Of a stretch of 64,000 bases of DNA, positions 62,454 to 64,000 are shown in pieces (position 1 is the first letter of the stretch; every line of letters begins with the position of its first letter). The notes below the pieces were generated by a model, which saw only the letters and a list, made by a program, of their open reading frames with translations, did no database searches and had not been told where the DNA came from. The DNA is taken from contig NC_083281.1 of assembly GCF_963506605.1 (NCBI RefSeq), positions 57,164,001 through 57,228,000 of the forward strand, given 5' to 3'. Source of the stretch: Zootoca vivipara. Its lineage: Eukaryota. The position numbers were made by a program, and so were the translations under genes.

Positions 62454-62584
62454 GCTTGCTCATTACCCTTCAGAGTGGTAATTAAATTAAAGGTGTTAAC
62501 TAAGGCTCAGTCACCCCACACCCCTTGCTGTTCATCATGATTGCTGCCTTTTGTTTTGGTGCTTTCAAAACTTGCTCACCAAGG
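62454..62584 (+). other. Candidate internal exon (131 nt), non-coding or ATG-bearing
   Basis: Branch-like TCTAAC (62411), long polypyrimidine tract, CCACAG|G acceptor, AGG|GTGAGC donor. Stops in all three frames from the acceptor. Confidence 0.45.
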
Positions 62585-63129
62585 GTGAGCACCTTTCCCA
62601 TTCCACTCCGGTCTAGAAAGAACATGTCCGAAATGGCAGCTGCATTTCCTTTCGGCTTCATCTCAGCAGGATGGAAACTGGCACTGCCAAGCAGATATCC
62701 AGAGGCAGGTAGATAAGGGATGTGGCTTTGGGACCCAGGAACCTGGAGGAACACCTGCACCCAGCTGCCTGCCACACTATGGCCACTTTTAGAGGCCCCA
62801 CCTGCTTGAGGGGAGGCAAGTGGTAAAGACCTCTTTATTTGTGGGAGCCCAGCCATCAAGAAGCTCTCCTGGTTCCTACAGTTTCTGTCCTTCTAGCACT
62901 AGGCAAAGGCTCTTTTTTACTTTCTCAGGATTTTTGAACCTCCTGTGATGCTGACTTTAATGCTGCTAAAGCAAATGCGTTTTGCTGTTTTAGGCAAAGT
63001 CCAAACCATGGCACTGTCCTGCAGAGATCCTAGAGCATCCAAGCTGAGATCCATCAACATGGGCAGTTGAGCAGACACAGCACCTCAACTCTGCTGCCTT
63101 TTTATACTTTGCATGCTGGCTGCAGCATC

Positions 63130-63317
63130 TGTGATACAACACGAAGGCACAGAAATAACCAAAGTCTAAATATATTGACAGGAAATAAGGTGAACGCAAA
63201 GTACATGCGATACAGGTTGGGTCAGTCGCATGTACTTTGCGTTCACCTTATTTTCTGTCAATATATTAAGACTTTGGTTGTTTCTGTGCCTTCGTGTTCT
63301 GCCTGTGTTGTATCACA
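63130..63317. repeat. Long near-perfect inverted repeat (73-bp stem, 15-nt loop)
   Basis: 63138-63210 pairs with 63226-63298 with 3 non-Watson-Crick positions. 63130-63142 also matches 63305-63317. Confidence 0.97.
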
Positions 63318-64000
63318 TTTGAACTCTGCACGTTTTGGCAGCATTGGCCCATTGTTTTGGCTTTGGCTGCAGCATCTGGGCTTGATGTAGCATGTGACCC
63401 TCACCTGTTCCAAGCCTTCTCCAGCTGAGGAATCACACCCCTCCTCCCAGAGCTAGTGAGCCCCAGCTGGCCAGCTAGTGAGCTGGGCTGTGGGCCCTTG
63501 CCTGCTTCAGCCCTGCCCGCTGCTCCCCTCTTCTCAGAGCCCACCGTGTTTGTGGAGACAGGGGACCCTCTGGCTGAGGCGATGGGTTCTGCTGCTCTGG
63601 TTCCTGTGCACTGATCCCCATCTCCTCCTCATCCTCTGTCACCCTGTGAGTACTTCCTACACCAATCTCTCCTTTTCCATCTCCAGCTTGCCCCAGTGTG
63701 TCCCAGTCCCGGCTACAGCCCTTGCTGGGATCCTCTTCCTCCTCTTCCTCTTCCCTGTAGTCTTGCCAGTTAATGGCACTCTGAAGAACCTATTAGTGTA
63801 TTAATTAAAAAACAAAATAGAGCTAGTTTAATATTGGCAAAACTGAACATTCTCTTTGTTCGTGTTGATAGATATACATTTGCTGCACATGTAGACTCTG
63901 TCATTTAAAACAAACAAGTGTATTTTATCACCAGAAATTAATTCCCTGTTTTGAAGGCATTTTTTTTCTTCTGGTGGTTTTTAAAAACATTTTATTTAAA

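Noticed and set aside
12840-62584. Naming the host gene
   Set aside because: The architecture suggests a large developmental regulator, but no coding exon is present to support a gene symbol.

Overview
Vertebrate genomic DNA. The SINE content (Sauria-type and MIR/Ther1-derived SINEs) points to a squamate reptile, probably a lacertid-type lizard. I recognise no intact protein-coding gene. The ORF track is essentially chance ORFs, apart from decayed LINE (L2, L1) protein fragments. The main landmark is a CpG-island/promoter-like region at about 12.4-13.3 kb. It has a strong + strand splice donor (12949|12950) after a (CAG)n tract, a strong - strand donor 53 nt away, and an inverted pair of octamer motifs. 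The next ~50 kb looks like a long first intron, with many TE-free, homeodomain-motif-rich blocks (candidate enhancers, conservation not verifiable here), a small second CpG patch (~61.6 kb) and a candidate non-coding exon (62454-62584). The host gene cannot be named from sequence alone. Mobile elements include three young 136-bp hAT-type MITEs with intact 8-bp TSDs, two TA-flanked Tigger/pogo-type MITEs, SINEs, L2/CR1 fragments and an internally deleted L1 relic. The most unusual unexplained structure is a 73-bp near-perfect hairpin (63138-63298) bracketed by a 15-bp direct repeat. There are three N-gaps. I found no evidence for a multi-gene novel system, and the findings are non-coding or structural.
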